DNA from: Dipteris shenzhenensis
Taxonomy: Eukaryota
NCBI GenBank assembly: GCA_047967505.1
Contig: CM106538.1
Length of the DNA stretch: 64,000 bases
Strand: one strand, 5' to 3'
In this document: positions 22,890 through 36,284 of the stretch, piece by piece
Layout: each line of letters starts with the position of its first letter
How positions within the stretch are numbered: the stretch's first letter is position 1
Made by a program: the position numbers and the translations under genes
The notes under the pieces: generated by a model
What the model was told of the DNA's origin: nothing
The model's input: the letters and a program-made list of their open reading frames with translations, nothing else
The model's database searches: none

Positions 22890-23434
22890 TTAAAATCATT
22901 ATCATTATGTACAGGATTGTATTTTTGACGGCTTCATTGATCTCATCTATTGTCCATCTGAGGACAATGTGGTGGATTTCTTCACAAAAGCCCTGTCAAC
23001 AAATCTTTTCTTACGACATCGACATGGCTTGGGGATCAGAGACATTTTCACAATGTCAAGGGGGATTGTGAAGTGAAGTGATTCACAATGACATTGTTTT
23101 CATGTACTTCCATAGGTTGCATATCCATCTGGATGAACATAGGTTGCATATCCATCTGAATAAATTTGTGCAACCATGGTACTTTAGGTACTGCAGGGTA
23201 CACCTGAGATGTTTCCAGGGTACTTTCAGCCATATCTTTGAGGGGGGATTTGTAAGAGATTACAAAGATATGGTGTTGTAGGCATAAAGTCAACCCTATG
23301 GTTGACCAGTAGTACTTGGGTACTATATATACCAAGTACTTGTATTGTTTCATTTGAACATTTCGATTGGAGCTTTCTTGTGTGTGCACTCTTGCTCACT
23401 TGTGTTCACAACCTGTCTCCACTTTGTTTCTATA
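22890..23434 (+). mobile_element. Copia 3' end: RNase H C-terminus, 3' UTR, PPT (23239-23250) and 184-bp 3' LTR (23251-23434)
   Basis: HYHYVQDCIFDGFIDLIYCPSEDNVVDFFTKAL; PPT GAGGGGGGA; the LTR is the reverse complement of 28111-28294 with about 4 differences. Confidence 0.9.
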
Positions 23435-26400
23435 GAACCCAATGAGAAGCAATAGCCAGTAGTGGATCATCTGTTGTCAATGTCCCTTGACCAATCTAAG
23501 TCGGTGAAACCACTCACCAAGAGAGAGTGCCATGGACAAATCTGAGAATCCTCTTTCCTGCATTCCAATGTGTGATCGTGGGATAATGCATGAACTGGCT
23601 CAAAAGCCCTGTGGTGTAGGTAATATCAGGCCGTGTGGAGCATAAATATATCAAACTGCCAACCAACTGCCTGTACAAAGTGCCATCAAACTTTTCAGCA
23701 ATATCATGCTTACTCAACTTGAGTCCCTTTTCCAATGGAGTAGCCACAGGCTTACAGTTCTCCATTTTAAATTTCTGCAACAACCCCTTCGAATACTTTG
23801 TCTGTGACATAGAGATCCCATCATGGGTCTGCCAAAACTCAATGCCAAGACAATAGTGCGATAGGCCCAAATCTGTCATGTCAAAGTTGGGACATAAAGC
23901 GGACTGCACTGCTGTAATTTGCTGCAAATCACTACAAGTGAGTATGATGTCATCCACATATAGTACCAACATGACCAATTCTGATTTTTGCTGTAGAACA
24001 TACAGATTTGGCTCTGTATGAGTGTTGATGAAGCCGTGGGACAGCAAAAACTGATGTATCTTCTGATACCACACACGAGGTGCTTGCTTCAGCCTATATA
24101 GAGCCTTCCTGAGCTTGCATACCTTGTGCTCTTGTCCCTTCACCTCAAAACCTTGAGGCTGATGTACATAGACCTCCTCTTTAAGATCTCCATTGAGGAA
24201 AGCGGTCTTGACATCCATCTGGTACACTGACCAACCATAAAACGCAGCAAAAGAGATGATAGAACGAATGGTGTCCATCTTGGCCATTGGAGCAAAAATC
24301 TCCTCATAATCTATCCCCTCCTCTTGTGCATACCCTTGGCAACCAAACAGGCTTTGTATTTCTCAACTGTGCCATCTGAATGGTATTTCACCTTATAAAT
24401 CCATTTCGTGCCAACCACATTTTTCCCAATGGCCGCATCAACCAAGTCTCATGTGGCATTCTTCTCAATGGATTTAATCTCAGCTTCCATAGCTTTCTAC
24501 CATGTCGGATTATGCTGAGCATCCTTGAAGCTCTGAGGCTCATTTTCAGCTTCCATCACTGAGGTCATCAAAGTAAAATTGACCTTTTTCTGATTTTTTC
24601 TGAGTGCTCGCCCTGAGTGCTCGCCCTGGTTTTCCCCGAAGTAGGCTGATCCTTAGCATCTTTAATGGTCAACCTTGCCCAACGTGGAATAGATTTCTCT
24701 GCTGTACCACTCGGGGCTGCATCAACATCTTTAGTGGCCTCACGACATTGATAATGCCTCCAAACATGAGGCTGTCTATTCTCATTAATTGGCTGCAACT
24801 CTGAAACATTTGAGGGAGAGCCATCCTCAACATGTGGATTTGAGGGAGAGCCATCTTTAACATGTGGCAAGCGATCTGAACTATGAGAAGTAGAAGGGGA
24901 AGCATCAATAGACTCCGTCTCATCATCCTCAAACTGGATGATGTCCAAAGGGGTGTCATCGTATGGTGGCAAGTTTGCACTAGCGGGCTGCATGCACTCA
25001 TTCTCAGCAAAGAGAATATCTCTTCTGATTATTACCTTCCTGGTAGCGGGATTATAAAGCCTAAATCCCCTGCTTTCAGTGCTATACCCCACGAAAATGC
25101 ATTTTACACTCTTGTCATCAAGCTTTGTCCTGGAATGAAAGCATATGTCACTGAGCCAAAAACTCTGAAATGACTAACCTTTGGCTTAAATCCATACAAA
25201 GCCTCAAATGGAGTCACATTAACCAAAGCTTTGGTAGGGCATCTGTTCTGAATACAAGTGGCTGTTACAATTGCTTCTCCTCGAAAATCCTTGGAGACTC
25301 TCTTGAATTTCAGCATGCATCTCGTTGTTTCCATGAGAACGATTCTTCCTCTCAGAGATTGCATTATTCTGTGGTGTGTAAGGGCATGTCAAGTGATGTT
25401 TGATCCCATGCTACTTCAAAAATCCCTGGAATGCATGTGACATGTACTTTTCCCCTCTATCTGAGTTGAGTGTTCCAATTCTAGAATTAGTTTGATTCTC
25501 AGCCATAGCTTTGAACTCCTAAAACCAATAGAACACCTCAGATTTTTCCTTCATGAGAAAAATCCATGTGAACTCGGAAAATTTATCTATAAAGGTCACA
25601 AAGTACCTTGCTCCTCTATGCGTGGGAATAGTCATGGGGCCACATACATCACTGTGTACTATCTGCAACACTCTGGTTGACTTGACCCAATTCTTGCCTT
25701 GTTTACTGAATGGCAAGCGATGCAATTTGCCAAGTGCACACCCCTCACACATTTCATTTGCTGGTTGCTGTAATTTTGGCATTCCCCGAGTCATATTATT
25801 GTTGTACAAGTAGGACAATGCCCTGTGATGGACATGTCCAAACCTGGCATGCCATAAATCAACCTGGGAAGTGTTTGCTACAGCTAATACCTTCTGATCA
25901 TAAGGCTCAGCATCAAGCTTGTATAAGCCTCTGTCATATGTACTTGTTGCTACAACCCCATACCCTTTCTTTGGATCCTTCATCCTGCATTGGTTATCCT
26001 AGAATTCGACCAACATATGTTGATCATGGGCAATGTTTGAAACTGAAATCAGATTTTTCCTCAACTCTGGAACATACCAATTACCATTATCAAGCTGAAT
26101 GGGAATGTGCCCAACTCCGATGATGTCTTGAGAAGCATCATTGGCACATGTAACCTGCCTGCCATGAACAAGTGTGATGCTGTCAAGCCACTCCTGGCGA
26201 GGAGTCATGTGCTTAGTAGCACCACTGTTGATATACCATGTATCACTTGCAACAAGGGAAGCATCCCCTGATTGATTTTCAGCATTCAAATTCCCCCTGG
26301 CATCCATCTTCTCATTAAATGCAGCAAACACAAAATCTCTATTACCTTGGGCAAGATGAGCTGGACCATGTGCATCTGAAGCACAAGTTTTAGTGGGGGC

Positions 26401-28294
26401 AATAAAATTAATGCTAGAGCTGTCCCTTTGCCTCTTCTTTTCATTGGCAATCCTTTTCTGACACTCTGCGATGTAATGCCCTAGCTTCTTGCAATAATTG
26501 CATTTGCCCTTTTTTTGAATTTTGCTTGAACTGCTTGCATTCCCGCCCTTGGGCTGAGTTGTATGGCTGTGTTTTGGCTCAAACTTTTTCTGAAATTTGC
26601 CCTTTCCACCCATGGCAAGCGCTTGCTCACCCTGATGAGAGGCTTTGGCAAAATTTGAGCATCTCTCCTCTTCCTGCAACAAAAGCCCAACTAACTCATC
26701 GAACGAGAGTGGGACTGCCCTGAGAACGATGGTTAATGAAGTGACGAATGTGCCATATGAGGCCGCTATGCTATTGAGAGTAATAGAGACTAGCTTCTTG
26801 TCTTGTATTTCCTCATCAATACTTGCGAGCTGATTAGGTAGATCAGTGATCCTGGCAATATGATCAGTGATGGGCTGGCTTTCCTGCATCGTGAGATCCT
26901 TGAGCTGATTTGTCAAGGCAATGGCTCTTGCCTCATTCTTAACATGATACATGTTTGCCAATCTTTCCCATGCTGCCTTTGCATCCTTGCACGACTTGAT
27001 AGTCGTCATAATGTGCCTCTTCACATTTGTGGTAATCAAAGACATCGCTTGGACACTGCGGCAGTCAAACTTCTTCTGCTCCTCCGTCGATGCTATGGGA
27101 CTAGCAAGAGGGACTGTAGCAGTCTGTTGTCTGCCTCTGTAGTCTGACTCGAAGAAGTTGTGCTGGATGTAGATGAGCCTGCTGGCCTCACCTCATCCCC
27201 ACTAACAATATCCCACAAGCCCTTACCAACCAAGATGTTCTTAAGCATGAATGTCCACAAGGCATAGTTTGGTCCATCCAGCTTGTCACTCTCGGACAAA
27301 TTGCCAAAATTGTTTGAAAGAGTCGACATGATGCAAAATGGGATACCCATGAGTGCTCAAATGCATCCAACGGAGCTCAAAAGCATCCACAACTGTAAAG
27401 TAACTACAAATGCACCCAACAATGTAGAGTATCTGTAAATGCACCTGAGACTGCAAGAGTATGGCCTGCAAAAACAGTCTTGAAGCGAAATACACAGCTC
27501 AAAACACTTACTGGAAGTACAACTTGGCCCAAACCACCTGCAAAACAGTCCACTGACTATGTGGGCAAGCCGGAGATGACAAAGGAGCTGAAGTGAGCTG
27601 TTTGGAGCTAAATGAAGCTGTTGGGAGTACTTCTGAACACATCACACCTGTAGAGAAGAGCCTAGAGCTGCTGGAACACACTCGGGAGAGGCTGGGCTGA
27701 AAAGAGTCCAAATCTGAGCAAAACGCCGAAAAACAGCCGAAAACTGGTCGAATCGCCTTCTAACAAGTCATACGGATTCGAAATCAGGTTCTAACAAGTT
27801 GTATGGACTCACGGCACTGTCGCGCAATTGTACGGACAGGTCCCGTACAATTGTACGTTTTTGCCTCCCCCCGGCTTGAAATGCTGCGGGACAGGTTTAT
27901 TTGTATGCGGGCAGCTCCGAAATTTCAAAAAATGTCGAAATCGGACCTCAAAAGGTAAAAAAACAGCTGCTGGACTGTTGGAGCTACCTCAAACGAAAGC
28001 TAGAGAGCTGAATGTGAGAACCAGGAACGCGCACTGGAGCATCAAGCTTGCGGGAGTCTGGAAGCAAGCGCGGGAATGGGCTCTAGAGACGGAAGCGCTC
28101 TGATACCAAATGTAGGAACAAAGTGGAGACAGGTTGTGAACACAAGTGAGCAAGAGTGCACACACAAGAAAGCTCCAATAGAAATGTTCAAATGAAACAA
28201 TACAAGTACTTGGTATATATAGTACCCAAGTACTACTGGTGAACCATAGGGTTGACTTTATGCCTACAACACCATATCTTTGTAATCTCTTACA
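23435..28294 (-). mobile_element. Ty1/Copia element: 5' LTR 28111-28294, tRNA-iMet PBS, degenerate gag-PR-IN-RT, cut at the start of RNase H
   Basis: TGGTATCAGAGC PBS at 28097-28108; [78 protein letters not shown]. Confidence 0.96.
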
Positions 28295-28879
28295 AGTTTC
28301 AGCAAAATGAGTTTTTCTTGCTTTTTCTGCATCAACAGTGTGTGACTATTTCAAATAACTACATGCAGATGAGCTACCTTGTATAAGATGTCACAATAGA
28401 CCTCAAAGTGAAGGACAATTGGGGAAGTCTTTGCATGTATCATTTTGAGTTGCTATAAAGTGTGAAAACCTGTACTTAGCTCAGCTGGGAATAGAAGTGC
28501 GTTGGAGTTTCCGGGGAAAAACGTAGGACTAGGGATTCTGATAGCATGATGCACCACTCTGACCTCCTTATAATACTGATTACACATCTGATTACAGAAA
28601 TGAGTATTCTCCAGATGATTATCATACGCAGCAGTCCAACCAGAATAAAGAAGTTTCCTCCATGGAAGACATCTTTCAACCTTACAAAATCTCTTTCGAT
28701 AAGGTGGTACAGTCTTATTTATTTTGAAGCCATTCTAAAAGAAGTGATCACAAACAGTTCCATTTAGAATAACTCCTAAAAGTAATGTATTGAGATCGAG
28801 AAGTTATGGGGGTTCAACTTGGGAAATTTAAATTACAAGAGCACTTACCATGGTATACACAACAAATTTTTATCCTCAG

Positions 28880-29336
28880 TGTATGCAGGATAAACGTTCT
28901 GAGAAAGTGAATCACAGACCAACTTTTCTTGAGACTGATAGACATGTGAATGATTCAAATTTTAACCATCGAAATGATGGTATATCCTCACAGAAGACAC
29001 AGTTTTCAGGCTCTGGTTTCAATGCTGATATTTCTATGGATGAATGGCCACTTCCATCCCCTTTACATGGGTTTAATTTGGAATTTCAAAATGCCAAGTC
29101 AAATCAATCACAACTTTTTATTGAGAAAGGAAATGAGTTGTCCTCTATACCGTTTGATTATCAAGTTGCTTGAGGATGTTCAATATGATATTCTAAATGA
29201 ATATGGCCATATTTTTGAGGGAGATCGAGGTGGAAGCATTGGAGTCACAGATTCTCATCTCAAAAAGCTGTGTGATAGGTTGTATACAACACCTGATTTC
29301 TCAGTGTGTGGTTCTTCTGCTGCTGTTGTTGGACAG
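28880..29336 (+). pseudogene. Exon-like non-TE coding segment with an apparent frameshift near 29150
   Basis: AG acceptors at 28879 or 28888, CAG|GT at 29336; two overlapping ORFs (28850, 28950) each look protein-like in one half only. Confidence 0.3.
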
Positions 29337-30256
29337 GTTCATATCTCTCCTGTTTGGAATTACACAAATGTGACAGCACATTTTTCCCCTGCCTGAGAGA
29401 TACTTCTGTTAAGTATGAAAGAAATGACCAAAAGAAAAGCACTCAAGGCACATTTTTGCAGTAGGGTTGCTGTGAATTAATAAGTATTTTTATCTGAGCT
29501 TTACAGCCACACATATGCACAATACACATGACGACACAAGCATGAGCATGCACATGTTTCTCTGTGACCCACAGACATGCACACATCACACATTTTTGTA
29601 TAAAGATTTTGTAATCTGTTCGAAAACTAAGCATTCAGTGGAGAAAGAAGAAATACTAGTAAAAATTCTGACTATTTGGTGTGAAAGGAAATGCCTTATA
29701 TGCCAAAACTTCACAGCCTGTATGTTAATTTTGTGTCTGGTTTACATAAAGGCCACGTGTGAACACACTGTCTGTCACACATAGACAAGCACGCATCATA
29801 CTTTTTAATACGAGCCTTTTGTGATGTGTTTGAAAACTAAACAGGAATTGTAAAAACAGGATATACTCGTAAAAACTTGAAGAAATCTTTTTGCCGAAAC
29901 TTACCTTGATTGCATTCCTTCTGCTGTCCTCTAGCCAAGAGTTGTCATTGTTTCATGGACGCACCCTCCCTCCCGCAAAGTGAATGACCTGTCCTGCCAA
30001 CAGCCAGTAGGCCCTTTGTTGGCATCCATAGCCGCTTGCTCACCCTAGATCCTTGCTCTAGGGTTCACTTTGGCTGTGGTGTGGACCAAGGTACAAGCAG
30101 CTAAGAATGCAACGATATGTACAGAGTACAGAGTAGGAGGGGTATGGATGATGGGGTGGTAGACAATAGGGGGTAGGGAAGGAGGGGGGGGGGGGGAGAG
30201 GGAATTCAAGGGAATCTGAGGGGGTATGGAGTAGAGGGTCAGACGGGGCTAGACAT

Positions 30257-30465
30257 TGATACGAATTATCTGCTACCACCACAAGCTTCCTATCAAATCA
30301 CGGGCATAGGCATGCTATCTTTCCACCCAGCCAACCTCTAGTAAAGCCTGCTTTAACAATTACGTTCATTTTTCACACAAGCGTAGCTTTTTAAAGCCGT
30401 CATCTCCCTAGACGAATCTGGATGCCACATGTCTTAATTAGAAGCCCCTTTCATGCACCCTTTTT
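30257..30465. mobile_element. Diverged LTR fragment related to the chromovirus LTRs at 54817 and 59480
   Basis: Shares ATCAAATCACGGGCA, CCCAGCC and ATGCCACATGTCTT in the same order. Confidence 0.55.
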
Positions 30466-30499
30466 ATCCCTCCACTTACATGACCAAAAGCTCCACTGA

Positions 30500-32057
30500 C
30501 CTTTCCCTTTACAAAACCTGCAAATAACATTTTTATTGGTCTTCCATTTGTTTGTGGAGGCAAGTGCCTGATCTGTAGGATAGGGTACAAGGGATTCCTT
30601 ATTGCGAGTGTCTTTTTGAATAAGTAGGGCTACCATATCATCAAATGTGATAGTGGCAAACCTTAGTACTTCAAGAGTTCGTTCAAACCGGGAAACCCCT
30701 TCCATCTTCTTCATAAGAACATCCATCTTGTCCTCATCGTCCGGTGCACATTTAAAACTTAAGAGTTGATGGACAAGAGATTGCATTTTTGCCAAGTGCT
30801 TAGCATATCACTATCTTCCATTTTCAATTTGTAGAAATTGAGTTTCAAAAAAACTTTTGAGTTAATGATCTCTCAAGGCGAACCCATTATCTCTTGGTTG
30901 TTGTCTTGAAGTCCACGTGGTGGATCAGTGTATCTGCTAGGCAAAGACCTTGATCTGCAAGGCTTTAGCATTATGCTGCTTCCATACCTTGAGATCTGAG
31001 GATGAAGCATCGAGTTCATCATCTTCAATCACGTCCCAAACTCCTTCTTGCATAAGCAGCAGTTGCATTCTTGTTTGCCAAGTTGGAAATCCTTCCCCTT
31101 TGAACTTCTCCACGAGCTTATAATTGGAAGATAAGGAATGGAAACTGACTTTGTGAAGATGGGCAGCAAATTGAAATGAATCACCAGCAATTATATGCCT
31201 TGAACTGCAGCAGGATACTCCAAATGCTGTAGCAGCTCACGAGGTACATGACAGCTTCACAGATGGCTGGAACATTGGAGCCCAGGTCGTGGACACGAGG
31301 CTGCAAGATTACGAATTTGCAGCAGCAGCAGTAATGGGCAGGTGTGAAGGCAGCGGGCAGGAAGGCAGCGAGTAGGAGATAGCAAGCAGGAAGAGAGGTA
31401 ATGTGGGCAGCTGGTGGCAGCGCAGGAAAGCAGCGGGCAGGAGGTAGCGAGCAGGAAAAGAGGCGCGTGGGGGCAGCACGGGCAGCTGGGAGCAAGAGGC
31501 AGCGCAGGAAGACAGTGGGCAGGAAGCAGTAGAAAGTTGACTATGAGCAGCTCCTCCAGTTCAGCTAGCAGCAAGTCGATGATGGGCAGCTGCTCCAAGT
31601 CGGCATCTCGATCTCCATGATGAGGCTAGAGCTTGAGGGAAGGGCTGCTTTTTGGGAGAAGGTAGCTTCTATTTTCGGGCTACCTCACTCCTAAGGTTTG
31701 ACCAAGGAAGGGAAAGATAGAAAGGGACATGGCTTTGATACCACATGAATGAACTGGAAGGAGGAGGAAAGACGACAAGGGAGCTAGAAGGAAGGAAGCA
31801 TAACTTGAACTGGAAATGAAATGGAAGGAAAGGCAAGAACCAAAATGAAGTCACTTACATGACCAAAAGCTCCACTGAGTTGATTGATGTGACAAGTGAA
31901 AGTACAACACTCATTTAGGGTAGACACACACACTCAAGTACCATATGTCTATGGGATAACTCCCAATATGCCACATGGCACTCTCTCACACAAAGACTCA
32001 TAAAACTAGTTTTTAGTACACACTAGAACACACTCTTTGACTATGATTTCTCCAACA
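30500..32057 (-). mobile_element. Truncated Copia: 5' LTR 31746-32057, PBS, leader and degenerate gag
   Basis: LTR TGTTGG..TTCA on - strand; PBS TGGTATCAAAGCC at 31731-31743; EKFKGEGFPTWQTRMQLLL; knuckle CRFCKGKG cut at 30500. Confidence 0.85.
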
Positions 32058-32499
32058 GGGGTGAGCGGGGTGTAGGGGAGTTTGTACGGTAGGAGGGTTG
32101 GGGTGCGAGTAAAACAGAGGGGTTTAAGGGCATGCAGGGAGGGGCTGAGAGGGTAGGGGACCATGTGCGGCACAGGGGGGAAGGGGAGGATGCTGGCAAG
32201 GGGGCAAATGAAACAGAAAAGTCTGAGATTGGGGCTCTTTCCTCTAGAAGTATCTCCGTAAAGGAAGCCACGAAAATGGGGCGGCGGTCTCAGCTTAGCT
32301 TCCAACCAGTTTCACTCTCCACCCAACCCATGGAGGTGGAACTTCTAGAATGGCAGCCACTAAGGAGGATTCGGATGAAGACTTGAAGGGAAGGATGTGG
32401 GCTGGGGAAACATTACCCTTGAAGGCCCAAGTTAGGAGTAGTCTCTTGTGCACTGCATGTACAAGTTATCATTGTCCCCAAAAGGGAGACATGCAAAAT

Positions 32500-32700
32500 T
32501 TTTATTTTTGGTAGCTGGCCATGCTTTGTACTCCTTAATATATGGGTACAACAGATACAAGCCCGTTATGGTCATGGAGGAAGATCAGTCCAAGACCACC
32601 TTTGTGACCCAATGGGAGCCTATGCTCTCAAAGTGGTGCCCTGTGGCTTAGGTAATGCACTAGCGACATTACAATACCTGGTCACCAAACTTTTCTAGGA
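32500..32700 (+). mobile_element. Highly degenerate Gypsy reverse-transcriptase fragment
   Basis: AGHALYSLIYGYNRY..EEDQSKTTFVTQW resembles the Gypsy RT stretch GH..YS.LDG..GY..EDQ.KTTF.T.WG. Confidence 0.6.
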
Positions 32701-35058
32701 AAGAAAGAAAGAAAGTTTATTAGAGTTTTCAAAAGACCGAATGGTCTATGAGACTGGAAAAACTAGATACCACGATAAAACTTGAAGGAGTGGGGCCACT
32801 AAGTAGGCATTCTCTATGAATGGGAAGAAAAGACCAATGTTATTGTGATTATTTGCAATGTGTGTAATATGATGTGGCATGAATATGAGGGCTATGGACC
32901 CATGGTTGTGGTGTCAAGATCTTGTGCCAATCGTTCCATGTGGATGGCTCCATGGGTATATTGAATGGAGTGGTTGTGCATCGTCTAAGGGATAATAGTT
33001 TTGGAAGGAGAAAATAGGATGAGGTGACAAGCATCTTTGTGCCAATCTCTACTTGTCCTCATAGATGCTTGTGTGGATTTGAAAATAAGAGAAAGGTCCA
33101 AGGATGTGGTCATCCACTCTTGACTTAGGAGATAGCATCTTGATGTATGTGGAAAATGGGGCTAAGGGTTGTTGTACCCTGTTGATAGATACTAGGCAAA
33201 GATGTCCACATGGAAGATACCTCCTCCCTTGTGCATGTGAGGTGCCAATAAATGCAAGGAGGATTCAAGGGTATGCAAGCAAAAAGAGGCCTCTACCATT
33301 GCATACACTTCCCATTAGACGTATCTCCTCTATTGTATATGCTGCCTTTCTTTCCATTTATCCTCATGGAGTCTCTCCTTTTTCCTCCATCTCCCTCCAT
33401 GACTTTCACCATTCCCTCCTTGTGTGTCTATTTCCTTTCCCTCCCCGTGTGTATATTTCTGTCCCACTCGTCGCTGTCCAATTGACTCCCTCATTCTCTT
33501 CTTCTTTTAGTTGCACCTTGCTGATGCGAGTATACAGAATGCAAATGGAGATATGGTGTGGCTCGAGAATAACTCACGACACACCCAAGGCTAATACTAA
33601 TATCAAAAAACCATGAAATGTAGATATACAGTGTGATGTCACAAGTACATGGTGTATCATATCATAGCATTTCACATCAACGAGTAGGGAAAAGACATGG
33701 AGAGCTTCCTATTGAGGGGAGGGAAGAACAATGTGGAAAAAACTTTGACAAAGGTGGCATTGCTGAGAGATAAAACCTGTGATGGAGCATCACTGGCGAT
33801 TGACCTAAGTAGTCCTTTGTGGCTGCCTTGTAGTACCTCAACATTAGACAAGTGCCACTGTCACCCTAGTCGGCTTTTTTCCCAAGCTAGCGCACAAAAA
33901 GGGAAGATCTCCAAGCCTTATGTGTGGGTCAGTGCACAGGCGGGTCTGTCTGTCACCCTCTCTAGGTCGCGCCTCCCTGGGGACTGCTGGTCCATGCCAT
34001 CCGATTGAAGAAAATCAGTAGTGATCGTATGTCTGCACTCTGAATGGGCCCTGTCATGTGCTGCAGTGTGGAGAGATCCTTTGATGAGAGAGTGGGAGCA
34101 TGGTCTATTCTTGACATATACCACTGCCTTCATGGCAATTCCACTCTTAAGATTAATTATGACAGGTTTCTTTTTTGCACGATTTTGTGAGAGGCTCTGA
34201 CAGGGTCGTTTTGGTTTGTGCCTGTAGAAATAGACTTCTGTTAAATATGTATTCTGAAAGAAACAACTGAGAGAAGAAACTCAAGGGAAAGATAATCATG
34301 CAAGCATGAAAACCCGGTGCTAAAACACCACTCAAAGAGTTTGAACAAATGAAAACAAGATAAGAACCAAGGCTGTGCTTGGAAGTGCTGCATCATTCCT
34401 TTGATGGTCTCTCGAAAAAAGGACAGCCTCTCCACCCTTTAAGAAAAATCATTCCCTTGGTTGAAAGAGACCTAGAAGAACCCTGCATCCTAAAACCAAA
34501 TAGCCATAGAGTGTACAATATCTGTCCAAATGCTAGCCAAGGTATGAGCTGGATGGACCTAGGTGCCATCAATGGCCTCTATGCATCTAGTGATGCTCTT
34601 TTCAATCTTCCAGCAAGTGTCTACTGTGCATGTGCAAGTCTATACTGAGAAGTGGGGATGGCATGAAGTTGACAAGACTGTACATCATGGTGCCTGACTG
34701 ATATAGCCCAAGGGGAGTCCTGATTCTCATGAAAACTGAGGCCCAATAAGTGAGAGCCAGGCCACTGAACCCCAAGTAATGATAATGGGGAGGACAAAAA
34801 CCTGCGCAGCAGTTCTTCTATCCTAGTCCAAATGATGCTCTTACAGGATCGTATCCCACACTTTTGTATTTTTGTCAATAGATCTTTACTCTCTTGCTCC
34901 TAAAAGATGCATGCAAAGGTGTTCTAAATAAATATTTGTTTAACAACATATAAACAGAGAAGATGTTGAATTTCTGTAGCTCTTGGGAATACTGCTATGA
35001 AATGTATATCCTTTATATTTTTCAAACAGAGATTCTCTAATATGCAAATGTCCACCAG

Positions 35059-35346
35059 GTTTCTAGCGATTGTGCATTTGGTAGCCCAGTCACTGAAATC
35101 TTTAGTGAGTCAAGTTTTGCTTTCAAAGCTGTGAATGCAAAAGACAAATTTTTGGGAACAGAGGAGCCCAACTCACCTTCTTTGTGGGATAAAAGACTAG
35201 ACTCAATCCATGGAAGCCCTGTAGCTCTGGCTCTTTCCGATGCAGCACATGCAATATCAAGGGATAATATACATGAATGCTTTTTCTCTCTACCATGCAA
35301 TGATTTGGCTGATTGTGATTCCACATCTTCAGGGATTCACCAAGAT
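35059..35346 (+). CDS. Predicted host exon, Ser-rich unknown protein (5' boundary uncertain: 35030 with in-frame TAA, or 35059)
   Basis: Open frame VSSDCAFG...GIHQD; donor GAT|GTAAGG, phase 0. Confidence 0.5.
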
Positions 35347-35526
35347 GTAAGGCTATACTGATATAACTATCTGTGCCTAAATTGGAAGCACCATCAAAAT
35401 ATGGGACTCAATGATGAAATTTGTTCTGCTTTGTCTTGTACATGTAGTAGCTACACTTGAAATCAATGAGGAAAATCTAGGAGTCCACCTGCAAAAAGGA
35501 AGAAATGTTTTCGTTTTGTATTTTAG

Positions 35527-35626
35527 AGCAGGGTTTTAACCCTTGATCAAGCAAGTCTTTTACTCAAAATGATTTGTCTGTGTGGACAGCACTATAGCAA
35601 CGTTAGTCCAACCAGGCACCTAAAAG
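35527..35626 (+). CDS. Predicted host exon (phase 0 to 1)
   Basis: TTTTAG acceptor, open frame SRVLTLDQ..RHLK, weak donor AAG|GTTCTC; phases fit both neighbours. Confidence 0.4.
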
Positions 35627-35763
35627 GTTCTCCTCCTGACCTGAATATATTGTAGATCAGATTTTGGTTTTCGTATTAATGTTTGGAGTACATTTCTGTG
35701 TTGATGTTTTCCATCCCTAGACATGCTTTAAATAATCAAATTTGTTGTAATTTTTTGCTCCAG

Positions 35764-35938
35764 AGAAAGGAGATTTTATAATTGAGAAGTTAAGGGAATC
35801 AACATCTTCATCTTCAATGGACACACTCTTTGGAAACAGTGACTCAATATTTCCTCCATCGCCAACAAGTCCTCTTATGAGTCAACCCAAAAAAACCAGT
35901 GAAATTTGTTACTTCAAGCAATCTGATAGATCAGAAAG
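35764..35938 (+). CDS. Predicted host exon (phase 1 to 2)
   Basis: TTTTTTGCTCCAG acceptor; only one frame open (KGDFIIEKLRES...DRSE); donor AAG|GTGACT. Confidence 0.6.
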
Positions 35939-36052
35939 GTGACTGTCAAAATTAATTCAACAGTATTCATTATACGATTCATACTTTGCCTTTCCCGAAG
36001 CCGTTGTTAAGGGAAAGGATTATGACTGATAAAACTCTCGTGATGTTGGCAG

Positions 36053-36099
36053 CTTATCTGATTATGTCCATGGATCATTACCTCTTCAAATGGCTCCAG
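36053..36099 (+). CDS. Predicted host exon (phase 2 to 1)
   Basis: CTGAT branch-like motif, TGGCAG acceptor, SLSDYVHGSLPLQMAP, strong donor CAG|GTAAGG. Confidence 0.6.
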
Positions 36100-36284
36100 G
36101 TAAGGTACATAAGGATGTTCTATTTAATATTATGGACAGAAGAGAGGAATAAAGGAAGAAACAGAATTTCAACTAGAATATGAAAAGCCATCTGGGAGGC
36201 GACTAAGGACATGTGATGCCTTGCTTGCTGTGAAGAATATGAAGCTCCAAGTGTAGTTCCTAAGAATGTAATCATTACATTGGA

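Noticed and set aside
23057-23250. LTR starting at 23067 after AAGGGGGAT
   Set aside because: Match to the 5' LTR (28111-28294) begins only at 23251, after a second purine tract.
33100-33620. 170-aa ORF or solo LTR
   Set aside because: No recognisable motifs, no second copy, and no TSD or PBS/PPT that I could support.
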